Below are positions 48,680 through 61,650 of a stretch of DNA of 64,000 nt, in pieces. The translations under genes and the position numbers were made by a program. Source of the DNA: Somniosus microcephalus (taxonomy: Eukaryota); contig CM126222.1 of NCBI GenBank assembly GCA_052327205.1, forward strand, positions 62,620,001-62,684,000, given 5' to 3'. Under the pieces are notes generated by a model. It saw nothing but the letters and a program-made list of their open reading frames with translations, searched no databases and was not told the DNA's origin. Every line of letters starts with the position of its first letter. Within the stretch, counting starts at the first letter, position 1.

Positions 48680-49360
48680 TGTCACAAGCGCAGTAGGCCA
48701 GGATTAGACGAGCCGAGGATGTGAGCTGAAATGTAGATTGGAGGATGTTACAGCAGTAGGATCAGGAAAGGCATTGTGAACAAGAACAAGGATTTCTAAG
48801 TCCATGCATTGGGGGCTGCAGAGCCAATGGGATCATCTGTCAAGGATGTTGGGTGAACAAGGCTTACTGCAAGGTAGGATGCAAACAGCTACTTGCATTT
48901 ATATAGAGGGACAGAGACCTGATTTAAACAAGTAATGGGAGAAATGGGTGTATATTTGGGAGGTGACAACCTCTATTCAAGGACTTTGCAGGGAAAAAGG
49001 AGGTTGGAGATGGGGCATAGTTTGCAAGGACAGTGGGGTCAAAGGTGGGTGACGACTGCAGGTTTGAAAGAGAGGAAGCCCTTTATAATGTTAGCTAGCA
49101 TGGGTCCAGGAAGGGAAATTGATGGTCAGCTTACTGGGAAAGGGTCAAGAGAGCAGGAGGTGGGTTTCATGGAAGAGATAAGTGCAGAGAGATGGGGGAG
49201 AAACTAGACAGAGACCAGGATTCTGGGGAGCTTTAGCTTGGTGGGCAAGGGAGAAAAAGGGATGCAGCAGAGGGGGCTGAACAGATGAGGGGCTCAATAC
49301 CTTGGTGCAACAGAAGAGCACTTCAGAGGTGAGGGTGGAGGGGCAGGTGGAAAACTTACT
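48680..49360 (-). mobile_element. Old L2-type fragments
   Basis: Purine-rich L2 antisense signatures (agagccaatg, aaagggaggttggagatggggc-like). Confidence 0.5.
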
Positions 49361-49650
49361 GAATGTTTCCAGGCAGAGCGTATTGTTGTAGTATTTACTC
49401 ATTTTAAGTTACTCTATTATAGCCGTCACTGATAGTCAATTCTTGGATTAAATGTTACTGTTTTGTTAAACTGAAATTGTTATTTGTATGTATGACAATG
49501 ACAGTAACATTTTTTTTGCCCATTGTGTTGTTTCTGAGAGGATGGGCAGGTTACCTGCTCCCAATCCATTGTCATTGCCAATATAACTAGCTGTTGGCTT
49601 TGGAATGTTACCGAGTGTACAGAGGTGTTTTTCTCCCTCTCACTCTGCAA

Positions 49651-50097
49651 AAAGACTTGCATTTATATAGCGCCCTTCATGACCACCGGATGTCCCAAAG
49701 CGCTTTACAGCCAATTAAGTATTTTTTGAAGAGTAGTCACTCTTGTAATGTAGGAAACGCGGCAGCCAATTTGCACACAGTAAGCTCCCACAAACAGAAA
49801 TGTGATAATGACCAGATAATCTGTTTTTGTTATGTTGATTTGAGGGATAAATATTGGCCAGGACACAGAGAATAACTCCTCTGCTCTTCTTCGAAATAGT
49901 ACCATGGGATTTTTTACGTCCACCTGAGAGAGCAGATGGGACCTCGGTTTAACGTCTCGTCCGAAAGACGGCACCTCCGATAGTGCGGCGCTCCCTCAGC
50001 ACTGCACTGGAGTGTCAGCTTAGATTTTTGTGCTCAAGTTGCCAACCACCTTCTGACTCGGGTGAGAGTGCTACCCACTGAGCCACTGGCTGACACA
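49651..50097 (-). mobile_element. Deu-domain SINE (SacSINE1-like), near full length
   Basis: Minus strand: tRNA-like head gtggctcagtgggtagcactctcac, Deu core ggtgccgtctttcggacgagacgttaaaccgagg, L2-like tail ..gcgctatataaatgcaagtctt. Confidence 0.8.
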
Positions 50098-50605
50098 CAA
50101 GAAATGTGTGACCACTGATTCCTCCCAAAACCTATACAAAAAAAGGTTTTTGTAAGAAAATTAAAATAATGGGCCAAAGGAGGAATTACTCCGTACAGCT
50201 CCATGGGAAGCTTTTATGAACTGCTGTTTGAGGCAATTTGGTTAAAGTACTGAAACCAAAGCTTTCCCGCTGTAACTGTTTAATGAGAGTACTATGGGAG
50301 CAGTGATAGGAGCCCCAATCACTGCAGCACTCCAAAACTACCAGTGGCAACTAAACATGACTGTATCCTCAAAATCAGGATACCACCCTTGGGTAGCTGG
50401 AGATATATTTTCAGCTGATTGCTATTTTACTTTATATCAGTGCAACAGTGTATATATGATGCAAAAACAGAATGTGCTGGTTATACACAGGTCAGCCTGT
50501 AAAGGGAAAGGGCTAGTTGATGTTTCAGATGTATGCCCTTCATCCAGAACATTACTTGTATAATACCTTTGCTGTGACCCTACTTTTGCTGTGCTATTCC
50601 TTAAG

Positions 50606-50809
50606 GTTTCAAAGCTGAATGGTTGGCAGTTAAAGACGAGCACCTTTTTGTGGGTGGACTTGGTAAGGAATGGACTACCACCACAGGAGAGGTAGTCAAT
50701 GAAAATCCGGAGTGGGTGAAAGTTATTGGTTACAAAGGTGATGTAAATCATGAAAATTGGGTGTCTCACTACAATGCACTCCGTGCAGCTGCTGGAATCA
50801 AATCTCCAG
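50606..50809 (+). CDS. CANT1: CANT1 second coding exon
   Basis: ttaag|GT acceptor and CAG|gtaaga donor; [27 protein letters not shown]...NPEWVK...[18 protein letters not shown]; 204 nt. Confidence 0.96.
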
Positions 50810-52881
50810 GTAAGAGTTTTGGGGATAGGAAAGGTGTTTTAGTGACTCGATGCATGTACGTGGAGAAAACCTGTAGTGTATATATATTTGAGCTAAATGG
50901 AGTAATTTTTGACCTTTAGTAATGGGTGTGACAACATTAGATACGGGTGTTATTTTCCAGGACACTGACGAGCAGCGATCCTTGATCATGATTATGGATG
51001 CATCCAAAATTTGTAGTTTGGTGTGGGCATGCATCAAATAGATATAATTTTTTTAATACCCCAGTGAGGATGCATTATACATAAACATCAAAATCTCAGA
51101 TAAATGTCCCAGTGCTGCTTTTATTGATACTAGCCATCTTGACTAAATTCTGTGGTTCAGTCTGCTTTGACGAATGTACTTCAGAGTTCATGGGGATTTT
51201 ATTGACTCTAGTAAACCGTTGTCATCTCTGACCCCAAGATAAGGCTATGGATTCTGGAATTTGTATCTCATTGTCTCCTGATCAGATTTAAATTGATTTA
51301 CCTAAAGAGCATTGACATTGGGTGTACCTTTTAGCTGTGATCTGCAACTTCAACGACAGTCCTGGATCTTTAGGAATTGCCCACCTCTATGGACCTCCCC
51401 TTCTTTCCTTCCTCCCCGTCATTCCTTCACTTCCCCACCTATTTCCTCGTGGGTTTATCTTGGAAGAGTCGGAGAGAATTTTCTTTAGCCCCACCCAGCC
51501 AATGTTAAAGCTCTTTTTAACTTCCTCTAGAATTTAGTGCTATTCTAAACAAAAAACAAAGTCCACTGCACTCTGGAGAAACAAACCTAGAAATCTGATG
51601 GTTTGGTGTAGATGGCGCCACTTTACAAAAACATCTTGGCTACATTAGATCTTGTGTTTTGTCATAGAAATTGAAGTCTGATCATTTTAGATCAAGAGGT
51701 TACAGTACTCTGGCCACCACAGCCCTCAGAAGCTCATAATCTTCACTTCTTTAGAGCTCTGGCACACTATACCACTAGTGGTTTCCATCACAGTTATTTG
51801 TTTTGTTTGTAATAAAATGTTAGCCAATCCTATCACTAAGCAATGTATTACTCCAAATTACTTTAAAAATCAGATTATGATTGCATTAAACTATAGCCTA
51901 CACTGCAGTTTATTTTGTGAAAGAACACTTGTGGAACACTGCTATTGGCATTGCTTGCCTAGATTTATTACCATGTATGCTAACCGTCTTAGCTTTACTT
52001 TTCTGCTTTACACTAGAAATGTGCAATTTAAAGTTATATTTCCATGCAAGGACAGAGAATAGTTAATAGAATTGTATAATCAGCTGGGAATTACACCAAT
52101 TAACTGGATAACCAAAAACTTAAATTTTTACTGATTACCACATAACTATTCGTGCTATAGCTTTTAAAGTAGGGTTTAAGAGCAGCCAAATAATGCTGGT
52201 GGTGATTATCAGCTCTCATTTAGAGGGGCGTGTTGTCAAATGACCCTTTTTCAATGCCTTTTATTTGTAACTAACATGCCTTAATCATGGAAGGATCTGC
52301 TCCAGGGGCATCTGTTGATTATCTGCATAGTTTTGATTTAATCGATCAAAACTCTGGTTTCAGACCACCTCAGAAGGGTCATTGATGCCATTGTTAGCCA
52401 ATTACCTGATGCTGCCTTTGTCGTCAGCACTGCCTTCTTCTGCATTCGAGGGTTGTGTCCATTAGTTACATTTATAATGAGATTTAGCTATTTTCACTTT
52501 TGCCATTTTCAAATGTTGGTTAGCCATTCTAGATAGCTTATTGTGTTTTTGTATTATCAACATGTGATATCTGAAGTCAGGAGGTAATTTTAAAAATAGC
52601 TGCAGTTTATAGTATGCTGTATATGTTTGATCGTGTTCTATGTACTGTTTTAGTAATGAAAGTTAACATTTTATTTACTGTAGTTTTTCTTCTGTTAAAC
52701 AACTCTGCTGTGGTCACTAAAATAAAACCAATTCAGCAAGATTTTTATGGGAAGCTTACAAGGAAGGATAAAGTGTTATTGAATCTTCATAAGGAAAATT
52801 ATACTGTAAAATCACTGTCTGAAATTTAAACTTTGCATCTCTTCTCTCCTCCTCCTCCCCCCCCCGCCCCGCCCCCCGTAG

Positions 52882-53252
52882 GATATCTCATTCATGAATC
52901 TGCAGCCTGGAGTGATCGACTACAGCGCTGGTTCTTCCTGCCACGGCGAGCGAGCAGTGAGCGCTACAATGAGAAAGATGACGAACACAAAGGAACAAAC
53001 CTCATTATTAAATGTACTCAAGATTTTAAGGAGGTCTTGGTGAGCAAGATTGGAGTGGTTAACCCTACTCATGGATTCTCTTCCTTTAAGTTCATTCCAG
53101 ATACGGACGATCAGATCATTGTGTCGCTGAAATCCGAGGAAGATAATGGGAAAATAGCAACTTATATTCTGGCTTTTACCTTAGATGGACGCTTCCTTTT
53201 AGAGGAAACAAAAGTGGGGGATATAAAATATGAAGGAATAGAATTTATATGA
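52882..53252 (+). CDS. CANT1: CANT1 last coding exon (total 402 aa)
   Basis: cgtag|GA acceptor; [25 protein letters not shown]...[11 protein letters not shown]...LKSEED...KYEGIEFI-stop (TGA at 53250-52); 371 nt. Confidence 0.96.
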
Positions 53253-53503
53253 GCTATTTCCTGATCAAAAGTGCACAGATCTGGATGAAAGTACTACTGT
53301 TTCCAAGAATATTCAGAAGGGCAGTTCCCCATGTTGGTATTATCCTTTTAAATGCTTCTTGGTCGCCATTAATCTGAAGTGTTCTTTTGTGATACCCTCC
53401 TCTTTGTTTACATGTAAGAAACTGAATACAAGGTATTGCAAAATTAGCCCTTTTCTTCTGCTCTTTTTCAAACTTCAACATTCTTTCTAATTTTGCTGAA
53501 ATT

Positions 53504-53509
53504 AATAAA
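53504..53509 (+). terminator. Candidate proximal CANT1 polyadenylation signal
   Basis: First AATAAA after the stop codon, followed by GT-rich sequence. Distal AATAAA sites also occur (e.g. ~55246, ~59138). Confidence 0.35.
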
Positions 53510-53715
53510 AATATACTGGGATGTTGCCTTGTGCTTACATGGTGTAAAATCTGCAACCAATCCAAGAAATTTGCAAATCAGTACTGGTCTGGTTTGCTCA
53601 TTTGTTTTTGAACTTGTTAACATTACACTTCCTGTAGTTGCATATCATAGAACCAGAAAGAATTGTAAAACTGGTCAGCTCACAAGGATTGGATACCAAA
53701 GTAATTACCATGGTA

Positions 53716-54024
53716 CAGGAAACTTTATCTGGGACCGACGTGGTGCCGGTTCATCAACAATTCCGGATAACCGAAAGCTATAGTAAAAGATACGGAGCTG
53801 AGAGCTCCGTATAAAGCAACAAACCCTGTTGCTTAGCAACAGGTTCAGAACAATGGCCACAAGTTCCAAGCGTCTCTGTAGCTTAGCAACAGCTGCAGCC
53901 ACACCCTTGCACAGCAACAGATGGAGGAAGGCAAGTAATAAAACTTACCTGAACCTACTCCTGAATTTTGCCAGTTAACCGAGATTTCCGGTTATTTAGG
54001 TGCCGGTAAATCAAAAGTTTCCTG
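53716..54024 (+). mobile_element. CAGGAAACTTT-family MITE downstream of, or within, the CANT1 3'UTR
   Basis: TA|CAGGAAACTTT...AAAGTTTCCTG|TA. Confidence 0.88.
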
Positions 54025-54168
54025 TAGAATTTGGTCAATGTCGCTGACGTTTTAAAAGATATCCCAAACTCCACTAGCAAAGCAGCTATTAATATTCTGT
54101 GTCATGTATGTGGCTACTTCAAACTTGGAGTACTACTTTGCGTTTTTTTGAGGGGACAGACAAGTGGC

Positions 54169-54907
54169 AAAGTTTCTGCGAGGTTACGCTGGTTTTCCCC
54201 AGCACAATTCCCCTGAAATCGGCCAAACCCGTGCCGACTTTCAAGTGCAAGTTATGTCCAGCACAAATTGCGTTTCCGCAAATTTTTTTTGTGCTGGTTT
54301 AAAAAAAAATTGCGCTGGAAGCCCACCAAACGGGCCACGGCCCCGATCGAATTAATCACCATGGTGAGTTCCTGCTAATTGAGCTCGTTTGCAGCCCTTT
54401 GAGGAGGCTCTTAAAATTAAGCGGCTTTTTTTTTTTAGGTGCCAGTGAACTAATGGGCACCTTTTTAAAACGTTTTTAAAATATTAAATAATTTACTGAA
54501 GAAACTGACTAGTTTACACCAATCAGACTAGTAAATGCTTCTGTAAAGTTTTTAAAAGTCATTTTCAGTTATTTAATATCGGGTTATTTACAGGTGGTGG
54601 TCTAGATAATATTAAAAAATGCTTATTTTTTGTGATAAACCCATTTTCAGCTGTATTAATAAAACTGCACCATGTTACCACTCGGAAATATATATCCAGG
54701 AATATTTTTTTAATGCAGATGGGGACAAAAAAACAATTACGTTCTAAAACACTGCTCGTTTGTGCTGGTTCATGGAAGATTTTACATTTGTGATTGTGCA
54801 AATGAGTTAGAGCGGAAACTTGAAACCTAACTTCACTACGGAAAACTAGTGCAATGTGGAATGTAATTTGTGCCTGGATTGCCAATTGCACCCAAAGCGG
54901 AAACTCT
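54169..54907. mobile_element. Probable non-autonomous DNA element
   Basis: Imperfect TIR agtttctgc / gcggaaact with CpG-rich ends and an AT-rich middle. Confidence 0.4.
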
Positions 54908-55889
54908 TCTCATAGAATCTTGATTACCATACAGCTTTTGGGGAAAGGTTATGGCAGAAAAGGGCACATAAAAGCTGGAATTGATTTCTTATCCTGTTTT
55001 CCAGTATGTTCTGCAGTTTGCTTCACTGCTTAAGTAGCGGTGGGGAGAGGAAAATTGTATTAAAGTCCACAAAATAAGCACATTCTGTTTCATCACTGCA
55101 TGATTTGAGGAAAATGCAGCATATAGATCAGCCTGACTTCCAAATGTACCGGGGCTCCGATTAACAATGAGATTCCGAGTTACACAGACTCTACAATGAC
55201 ATCACAAGTATTTAGACAATACCTTTGTCAATTACATATTTTTTTAATAAAATCTTCAAAAGAACTGCACTGTTTCAAAATTTCAAACTCTGCTAGTTGC
55301 TGTTCCACTTAAAGTGGAAGCTAGCAAAGAAATGTCACTTCTTTTATATTGGATTGAGTTCCAGAATCCAGAAATTACATTGAGCTGTTGGAGAATATAT
55401 TTTTTGATCCATTTTAAGTAATTACACCAGCTATCTATTCTGTAATACGATTCTGTAAATCAAACAAGATTGAATCATCTTTCTAGTTTTGGTGCCAAAA
55501 TAGATCTTAAGTCAACTGGTAAATCAGTCACATGGTCTGCACATTTTGATCATTACTTGCCCTCTGAATTGTTATTTTAGCTTCTGTGATCCACATAATG
55601 GTTATTGTCATGGGAAGTTGTATCTATGTCCTTTTTAATATGGTGGATCAATTTTTTTTTAAATGGTTCTTAATTGTTGATTTTCTTAGTTTGATTTGAA
55701 CAGGCTACTTGTCTTAAACTGTTTTATGTAAGGTCAACCTTGTCAACTTCCGTCGCAGGGGTTACTCCTTTCCACAGTTCCTCATCTACTTGTTGAGATG
55801 ATGTGTTCGAAGTGGTTGGTGTGTTTGTCTTTTGTAAGTGCAATTTTGGTGTCAGAAGTCAGAACTCTATGGCCTCTATCTACTACATG

Positions 55890-56380
55890 GGTATGGTAGG
55901 ATAGAATCAGTCAGCACATTGTGCCTGGGCTGGATCTTTGAAAGAGCTATCCAATTAATCCCATAGCCCTGCATAGTCCTTTAAGTATATATCCAATTCC
56001 CTTTTGAAAGTTAATATTGAATCTGCTTCCACTGCCCTTTCATTCCAGATCATAACTCGCTGCATGAAAAAAATTCTCATCTCCCCTTTTTTTCTGTCAA
56101 TTGTTTCCTCTGATTACTAACCCTCCTGCCACTGGAAACAGTTTCTCCTTGGTTACTCGATCAAAACCTTGATAATTTTGAACACCTTTTAAATCTCCCC
56201 TTAACCTTACAACAAAAGCAAAATACTGCGGATGCTGGAAATCTGAAATTAAAATTCTAAAATAAAAATCCCCTTAACCTTCTCTGCTCTAAGAAGCACA
56301 ATCCCAGATTCTCTTCTCTACTCCAAGTAACTCAAATCCCTCATCCCTGGTATAATTTTGGTAAATCTTGTCAGAAGCTA
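55890..56380 (-). mobile_element. CR1 3' fragment (second subfamily) with a 60-bp Penelope-tail insertion
   Basis: Reverse complement resembles 43960-44430. Confidence 0.7.
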
Positions 56381-58134
56381 GAATGCTATGGCATCTCCTA
56401 CGGTAATATGTTTATGGCACTAGACTAGCAGTCCAGACCTATATAGGACCCCAATTGCAATTTCAAGGTACAAATGGGCGAAGCGTAAAACCCAAATGGC
56501 TGCCAGCCGATCCTTCCCTCCCAGGCTCTGACTGTCAACCAGCTTGGCATGGGAGCTGGCCAATTTCCCATCCTCCCAGAACCAGTGGGGCACCCACAAC
56601 TGGCCGACGGACTGGAAATGATGCCCATGCCTCAATGGCTTGGGCCTCCCACTGGCAAGAAGGTGTGGGCAGAGGGCATGCGCTACCGGTAGTTAAAATC
56701 ATCCCTCATGTTTCTACTAAATATCCTTTGTATATCAAATCTTACCTGTATAGGGTCAGTTTTTTAAAATGTTGTAGTGCAAACAGACCACAACCCTACA
56801 CAATCACCATATTGTTGCCTTTATCAGCAGAAGGGTATCCTACAGTTGTTCATCCCTCTACCAATATATCCACAGCCAAGAATTAAATACATGTTTAGGA
56901 TTTATATACAATGTCTAAATTTGTTAACTTCCGACTGCTACATAACCCAGTCTGAAAGGTACCAATTACTGACCAAACCAGATTTGTCAACAGCAGGACT
57001 GCAGCCCGACACGGAGTTAAGTGCAACTTAACTCTTGCCAGAGACTTCCAAGACAGATATAGTACCAGCTACAATAGCAAGGGTACAGTTGATGCCCTCA
57101 TAACATTAGAAGCCAGATTTTAACTCCGGGCGAGTTGAGCGGGTGGGTAGCATGGAGTTAGAAACTCCCACTACTCTAGAAGTGACTTTTAAACTCTGGG
57201 ACCTCATTTAAATCCCACTGGCTGACTTCCTATCCATTCCAGGTGGGTAGTCAGCGGGAAATCTGCGTGGCATGGAAGTAACTCGGTGACACTTACCTGT
57301 TTGGGTCACTTTGGGCCCCAATCATCTTCCCCGCTGTCGTCACCTGGCAGGAATGTCAGTTAAAATCGCCCCTGAAGTATCAGTGATTACAGCAAAGGTA
57401 TGTTGATTCTGAAGATCATCAGAATCCAAAACGTAATACTGTAAGTACAAGTTATTTAATTGTAAAGCTCACAATCTTGACATTAGCCAGGTTACATTTG
57501 TTAATGGTATAATAGTTATAAGATTGCCCAAGATTAACAGAATGGTATTAATGTGTTTCTAAGTTCCAAGTCAATATTCAGTGCATCATTGGTGCAGATC
57601 TCTTGCATTAAGCGTTCTGCTGGTGACAACATAAAACTCAGCTATTGACACTTTCTATTTATGACATGCATATGCATCCTTGATCTTTTGAATCGAGGCA
57701 GGCAGGACAGGTTCAACAAGTTCTTGCTGAATGGAGTTTAACTTTAAGCTAATGTGAAAAGAATCCTACTTCACATGATTTAGGCAATTAAAAGTCAATT
57801 TAATAACAGACCTATTTCTAAGGTATCAGTCAAATACACAACATATCTTCAGTTACAACTTTTCCCTGTGGGATCTCTAACAAGATATAATGCTATATTG
57901 ATAACTGGGTCACAGAGTCCTTGCACAAGGCCTTCAGTGGCAAGATTAGTTCATAGTTTTTATCCTAGGTCTCTTGAACCAAAGAATCTTTCTTTGCTCA
58001 ATTGCACCTGCTTCTTTATGCATTGCACTGCCATTTTGTCTGAATACTGAAATCACAAGGGAATTAATTAATTTCCTGTTAGGTTAATTTCCAATAATCT
58101 TTGATTGGACCTTTACTTCAGTTTGAATGAGTGT

Positions 58135-58640
58135 ATTAACAACAACTTGTATTTATATAGCGCCTTTTAACCTAATAAAACATCCCAAGGCACTTCACAG
58201 TGTTATAAACAAAATTTGACACCGAGCCACAGGAGAAGAAATTAGGGTGGATGAAGATGTAAGTTTTAAGGAGTGTCTTAAAAGGAGGATAGAGAGGCGG
58301 AGAGGTTTAGGAAGAGAATTCCAAAGCTTAGGGCCTAGGCAGCTGAAGGCATAGCCACCAATAGTTGAGCGATTAAAATCAGCAATGCTCAAGAGGTCAG
58401 AAATAGAGGAGCGCAGATACCTCTGAGGGTTTTCGGGCTGAAGGAGATTAGAGATGGGTAGGGGCGAGGCCATTGAGGGACTTGAAAATCAGGATGAGAA
58501 TTTTAAAATTGAGGCGTTGCTTAACAGAGCCAATGTAGGTCAGTGAGCACAGGGGTGATGGGTGAACGGGACTTGCTGAGAGTTAGGACACAGGCAGCAG
58601 AGTTTTGGATGACCAAGTTTAGATAGGGTAGAACGTGGGA
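58135..58640 (-). mobile_element. L2-type LINE 3' end
   Basis: RYLRSS..RSTIGGYAFSCLGPKLWNSLPKPLR; tail ..gcgctatataaat. Confidence 0.8.
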
Positions 58641-59569
58641 GTGCGTTGGGTTTTGGTATCGACATTCAGAACCCAATCAGACATGTAGGATTTAACAAAA
58701 TGGGTATATGTGGATACAGTAACATTCAGCATGTTGGGTAAATGTTTTGCAGTGAAGTTTTATGTATTTTGTATAGTACATGGATCACAGAATTACCTTA
58801 AACTTGTATTAATTGCACAAACCATGTTTTTAAATTGGCATTCCTCATCTGTGTTAAAACGGCTCAAATTCATGAATGGATGGATCTCACCGATGAATTG
58901 CAGTTCTGTTGTTTTTAACCACCATTAAGCACTCAGGCTGAACTAGGATGTTTGTAATTATCACAGTCAACTCTACTATATTTTCAAACTGTATCAAACT
59001 TTGATTTGCTGCTTTCACATGGGCTATTTTGTATGTGCTAGCTCTATTGGTGAGGTTTAGTATCAAAAAGTTAACTCCAATTAAAATTTTACTGTCTTCA
59101 TTTTTTGATACTGGCTGTAAATCTCTTGATCCCCTTTAATAAAATGTGAAAAAGAACAAGATATTAATAAATCTTTTGTCCATTAGGTGTGCAGCCTGTC
59201 TTTAGTTCCATACTGCTTAATTGAACAGGATTAAAGAGAGCCTAAATTAGCCATATAATGTTCAAATGCTGCTACTTTCAATTCAGTACAGGAGAAGCCA
59301 ATGGCCATTTCCTCTTGCTGTTGTAGTTTGCATAGAAAAATTGAAAGAACAGAGTTTCTGATTTAACTGACCAAAGTTTAAGCCATGTTTCTATTTTATT
59401 TAGATTATTACACGTTGTGAATATTTTGTTTGCTCTTATGCTGTGCATACACTCTGAGTAAGGTGTGCAAAGAAACTACCAGCCCTACCCCTTTGGTAAA
59501 TCATACGCAGTTTTTTCTTGTCCTCTGCATACTTGGGACTTCAATATGATTGAAGATCAATTCATTCTC

Positions 59570-60100
59570 CTACATTGTCAAAATAATGGGATCGATTTAG
59601 TAGGAGTAAACTTGAGGATTATCTACTACAACAACCATCTAGTAAACAATACTCAGCTTGACTTCAGAAGTGGAAAATCCTGCCGGACTAACCTTGATAA
59701 CTTTGGACTGGGAAACCCAACTGTGTGGTGCACTTAGATTTCCAAAAGGCATTTAACAAGGTTGAACACAAATGGCTATTATCAAAGAAAGAAATACTTG
59801 CATTTATATAGTGCCTTTCATGACCTCAGGACCCCCCAAAGCACTTTACAGCCAATTAAGTACTTTTGAAGTGTAGTCACCGTTGTAATATAGGATATTA
59901 TCTAAGCTCAAAGCTGTAGATTCCAGGGTAAATCTTGAGAATGGACAATAAATTTGCTGAAGTGTAGAAAACAAGTGTTACTTATTAGAGGAATAATGGA
60001 GTGAGTGCCACAGTGGGCAGTGTTGGGACCAATATTGTTTCAATGATTTGGATTCATAAACTCAAGTCACATTTACAGATGATACAAAACTAGAAAGAGC
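59570..60100 (+). mobile_element. Old CR1 fragment with an inserted Deu-SINE 3' end (59790-59895, minus)
   Basis: ttagatttccaaaaggcattt, gtgttgggacca, acagatgatacaaaact; the SINE tail matches 49651-49755. Confidence 0.6.
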
Positions 60101-61029
60101 TTTTCATCTTTTGTCCCATGTTGAGTATTCAGGGGACCTGGTGTTTGCTTTCACAAAATCCTTCAGATTGGTATTGAATGTTTTTATTTAACATTTTGTC
60201 CTTAGATTAGGATTTGAGTCTGTTGCAATGAGCCCGTTGTAATAATTTGAAATATCTATAAAGCTTATGTTCTAGGAACTGCATTTCCCTATGTGTTGGT
60301 AAATACACTAAATAGACCATTGGTGATCTCCCACCTGAAAATTGTTGCTATGTTATAACCATAGCATAGTTAGATCTAGTATTTAATTTTGTAACTGAAG
60401 CCCATACCCAGTTAAAGGTCTCTTAATGACTACCATGCCACTCAGTCCACATGTGGGGTAAGGAATTCTTAATTTTCATCCAGGCTACATTATTTTACTT
60501 TTTGAGAAAGGACCGCGTTTGTGCTTACAAAGATGAAGGACATGGTGCTGAAAATGAGAAAACTTTTGACTGTAATCATCTTTGCCCCCATTACAAATTA
60601 CGTACCCCTGCCATGGATTCTACCATGCCGCCCCGCCAGCCATTGTCTCAGGATAAACTAGACAGTTTGCAATCTTTGCCATTCTACGACCCGGAGTTCC
60701 ATCACAAAAATTGCCAACTTCCATCTCTAGTATGCCACTACCCCGCCTCAGAGACCATCTTCTGCTGAAACCCTCAGCCATGGATTTGTCTTCTCCAGAC
60801 TATTGCAATGCTCTTCTGGCCAACCTCCTATTCTCTAACCTCTGTAAATTTCAGCTCATCCAAAATTGGTGTCCATATCCAATCCCACATCAATTCCCAC
60901 TCACCCATCACTGCTGTCCTTCCTGATTAACATTGGCACCTAAAAATGGACCTAAAGGAATTTTCATGAAGTCTGAAAGTAAACAAGGCATACACAAGAC
61001 TATTATGGCCAGAGGTAGGCAATGTTGCA

Positions 61030-61650
61030 AATGTTGAAGTAAGCAGTTAACCACTGGAAGCTGGATCCCAGTCATAGCCATCCATCGAACCAGTCCCAGA
61101 ATTAAAACTAAATACACAGTTCACTATTCCCCAATTCATTTTCTTGCCAAATACTTGTCAAACTTCCTCTTAATATTATGGGCGTCATCAACCTCAATAG
61201 CCTCTCTCAGCAGTCTTTCCCAAACATTCACTATCATCTGTGTGAAAGTCATTTCTGATCTCTCCATCCACTTTCCCTTCTCTGAGCTTCATCTCTCATC
61301 ATTCTCAATGGAACGTGATGTTCTTAGAGATTTTGAATGCCTCAGTAAGATCTCCTCTCGGGCTCCCCTTTTCTAGTGCAAACAAACTCAAGTTCTGTAG
61401 TCTTTCCTTGTAACTTAGGTGTCTGATGTCAGGTATCATATAAGTAGCCCTTTACTGGACGTTTTCTAGTGCCCTGTCTGTCATATGGAAACCAGCACTG
61501 CACACAGTGCTCCAGGTGCGATGAACCAAAGACCTACATAGGCTCAGTATCACATTCTGTAATGTGTGTTCTATTCCATGCAATACACAACCAAAGATCC
61601 TATTGGCTTTATTTACCACCGCCACACCCTGTAGACAAATTCTTTGCCTG
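61030..61650 (-). mobile_element. Old CR1 fragment
   Basis: VNKANRIFGCV..ILSLCRSLV. Confidence 0.5.
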
